Assembly (NCBI RefSeq): GCF_963921235.1
Contig: NC_086109.1
Location: forward strand, 26,786,001-26,850,000
Source: Mobula hypostoma
Lineage: Eukaryota
Direction: 5' to 3'
DNA: 64,000 nt
Made by a program: the position numbers and the translations under genes. Below, piece after piece: positions 61,218 through 64,000 of the stretch (positions are counted from its first letter, which is position 1; each line of letters opens with the position of its first letter). The notes beneath the pieces are model-generated. The model had not been told where the DNA came from, ran no database searches, and worked only from the letters and a program-made list of their open reading frames with translations.

Positions 61218-61714
61218 CTTTCAGGTGAACAATGTATATAGCAGTATACATGTTTTTGTGTATGTGTCAATAAATGTTTCAACAAGGACAGAGCCCTGGG
61301 AGGGCAGCCCCAACTCCGTTCCGGACACCATGCCACCCCCCCCCGCCTCCAGTGAAGTACAATAGCTTCGTCTGCTCAAGCAGGCAACATTAAGGCTTCA
61401 GGCCTAATCCTCGCTACAGCCAAGGACTAGGCCCCTTCCATCCACCCTGGCTCGCATCCAACAAATCAGCAAATCGAACTTGCGGCGTATGAGGTTAGCA
61501 ATATCCAAAGGGGTCTTGCTACCTCCCATCGTCGCCAGAATAATTTGCGGGAAAAAACATGCAAAACACTTTTTGTATTCTGGCCGCGCTGTGTTAATTT
61601 TTTCTTAAAGTTAGTTCATAGGATGTGACAATGCTGACATTAATTGTTCACCCCAAAATATCCTTGAACCAAGGCGATTACAAAGAGACATGTTCTATAT
61701 TCTTTTTCAACACA

Positions 61715-62088
61715 CTTTTCGTCCCTCTTTCCTCCGGGAGAAGGTTCAGGAGCTTGAAGACTTGTATGGCCAGATTTGGGAACAGCTTCTTTCCAACTGT
61801 GGTAAGACTGCTGAACGGATCCTGACCCGGGTCTGGGCCGTATGCTCCAAATATCTGGACCTGCCTCTCGGTTTTTTTGCACTGCCTTACTTCCCATTTT
61901 TCTATTTTCTATTGATGATTTATAATTTAAATTTTTAATATTTACTAATTTTAACTATTTTTAATATTTTTAATTTTTAATATTTGTAATCCAGGGAGTG
62001 TGAAGCACAGAATCAAGTATCGCTGTGATGATTGTACATTCTAGTACCAATTGTTTGGCAACAATGAAGTATAAAGTATGAAAGTATA
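61715..62088 (+). mobile_element. Rex1-like LINE 3' end
   Basis: FVPLSSGRRFRSLKTCMARFGNSFFPTVVRLLN. Tail aagtataaagtatgaaagtata. Confidence 0.75.
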
Positions 62089-62241
62089 TTCTACACTCTT
62101 AGCTAGGCACATTGATGACAAATAGAAATGGTGAGCTATGTGGGAGGGAAGGGACAGATTGATCTTAGAGTAGGTTCAAAGTTCAGCACAACATTAGGGG
62201 CCAGATATTCTATACAGTAACATACTGTAGATGGTCTAAAC

Positions 62242-62321
62242 CAGGGGTTCCCAACCTGGGGTTTACAGATGCCTTGGTTATGGGTCGGGGTCCATGGCAT
62301 AAAAAAGGATGGGAAACCCTG
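62242..62321 (+). mobile_element. 80-bp hAT-type MITE, copy 3
   Basis: TIRs caggggttccca / tgggaaaccctg. Flanks gtctaaac / gtcgagac (6 of 8 match). Confidence 0.78.
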
Positions 62322-62444
62322 GTCGAGACTCACATGTAGTCCAGACCGGATATTATTAACAGATTCCCTTCCCTGAAGGACTCCATTAATCAGAAGTGCT
62401 TTTGCAATGATCAGGTAATTTAGTGGTCAACATTACGAAATAAA

Positions 62445-64000
62445 TTTTTCTTTTCTTTCTTTTCAAATCTTTTTATTGTATATATAGGAAAAATAACACG
62501 AGTACATTGAAGTAACAACACTTACAATGCCTCAAAAAAAATTATCTTAAAGATTGAAAACAAAATTTTGTGATAACAAAAAAAACCTACTGAGCAGAAA
62601 ACTGAGAAATAAAAAAGAGAACCCATTAGCTGTACAACCCCGGAGCCATGCGTCATACAAAAAGCTTCTAAAAATAAACATCAAACCACCAGCAAGAAAA
62701 GAAAATATACTAAAAAATTTACAATTAGATCATGGAAAAAATCTATCAATTAGCTCAAATGATAATAACGAGCAAATGAGCCCCATCTTTTCTCAAAATC
62801 AAATAAAGGTTCAAAGGTTTGACTTCTAATTTTCTCCAAACTAAGACATAGCATCACTTGAGAGAACCATTGTGACAAAGTGGGAGCTGATGTATCCTTC
62901 CACTTCAACAAAATGGCCCTCCTAGCCATCAATGTAACAAATGCAATAACATGTTGGTCAGACACAGAAATACCATGAATATTTTGAGGAACTATTCCAA
63001 AAAGCACAGTTAATTTATTAGGTTGTAAATTAATTTTAAGTGCTTTAGAAATTGTTGAGAAAACCGACTTCCAGAACTGTTCCAACATAGAACAAGACCA
63101 AAACATATGTGTCAGTGTAGCTATCTCAGTTTTACATCTATCACAATGACTATCAACATTAGGAAAGATTTTAGAAAGTCTCTCCTTTGTCAAATGATAA
63201 CGATGTACAATTTTAAATTGAATCAATGAATGGCTAGAACAAATTGAAGAAGAGTTAACCAACTTCAATATCGGCATCCAATCCTCCGTCATAAAAGTGA
63301 AATTAAGTTCCTTCTCCCAATCCTGTTTAATCTTAGATAAAGGCCGCTTATCCCATTGTAATAATAAATTATAAATTCTTCCAATAGAACCCTTAATCAA
63401 AGGATTTATACTCATAATAGTATCTAACAGGTCAGCCTCCAATATGTAAGGGAAATTACTTAAATATTTTTGTAAAAAATATCTAACTTGAAGATATTGC
63501 AGAAAGTGTGAGTATGAAAGAGAATATTTATCAGTTAATTGTTCAAAGGACATCAATCTATCTTTTTTAAATAAATCCAAAAACGAATTAATACCTTTAA
63601 TTTTCCAAAGTAAAAAAATTGGATCACTTAAAGAAGGCTTAAAAAAGTAATTTCGGTAAATTAAACTACGAAGTTTAAATTTTTTAAGATTAAAAAAATT
63701 GCAGAACTGGAGCCAAATTTGTAAAGAATACTTAATCACAGGATATAGGTTGAAATTAACAACTTTACCTAATTGCGTAGGTAAAGGAGCTCCCAATAAC
63801 GAGGTTAAATAAAACTGTTTTACAACTTTCAGTTCCAGGTCTATCCAAATTGGCCGATCACTCCTATCAACCCAGTATAACCAAAAAGACATATATCGCA
63901 GATTAACAGCCCAATAATACATTCTAAGGACCTCCATCCTTTTTCAATTTTTGTAAATGACGTTTACTAATTCTTGGTCTTCTATTATTCCAAATAAAAG
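62445..64000 (-). mobile_element. L1-clade LINE 3' portion (ORF2 C-terminus with zf-RVT, 3' UTR, A-rich tail)
   Basis: ORF 62750-63937 has LRMYYWA and QFKIVHRYHLTKERL..CDRC..TLTHMFWSC. On the minus strand, AATAAA and an A-rich tail at ~62445-62478. An apparent small deletion or frameshift follows KKDGG near 63935. Confidence 0.9.

Overview
This is eukaryotic (vertebrate) genomic DNA. The repeat repertoire suggests a cartilaginous fish such as a ray; that assignment is inference. The window holds five consecutive GT-AG internal exons on the + strand (2207-2322, 5809-5897, 46294-46451, 55080-55243, 56296-56421). They splice in frame into the laminin-G-like domain and following EGF-like domain of a CELSR adhesion GPCR, most like CELSR2. 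One intron is about 40.4 kb. The introns are dense with mostly decayed and often nested transposons: CR1 LINEs (one near full length with an SGNH-esterase ORF1), Rex1/Babar LINEs, an RTE/BovB-like fragment, an L1 3' end, two long Penelope-like (RT + GIY-YIG) elements, a Gypsy LTR element, an hAT transposon, Tigger- and Tc1-like relics, hAT MITEs and tRNA-derived SINEs. The most notable signal is a minimal type-I hammerhead ribozyme motif (AGTC-CTGAYGA-stemII-GAAACGTC-GACT) in the Penelope terminal repeat. It recurs about 10 times, including in 100-215 bp Penelope-end insertions with their own 12-14 bp target-site duplications, several of which fold back. Exon, TSD and motif coordinates were counted from the sequence. 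Boundaries of decayed repeats are approximate. Family names come from recognising motifs, not from database searches.
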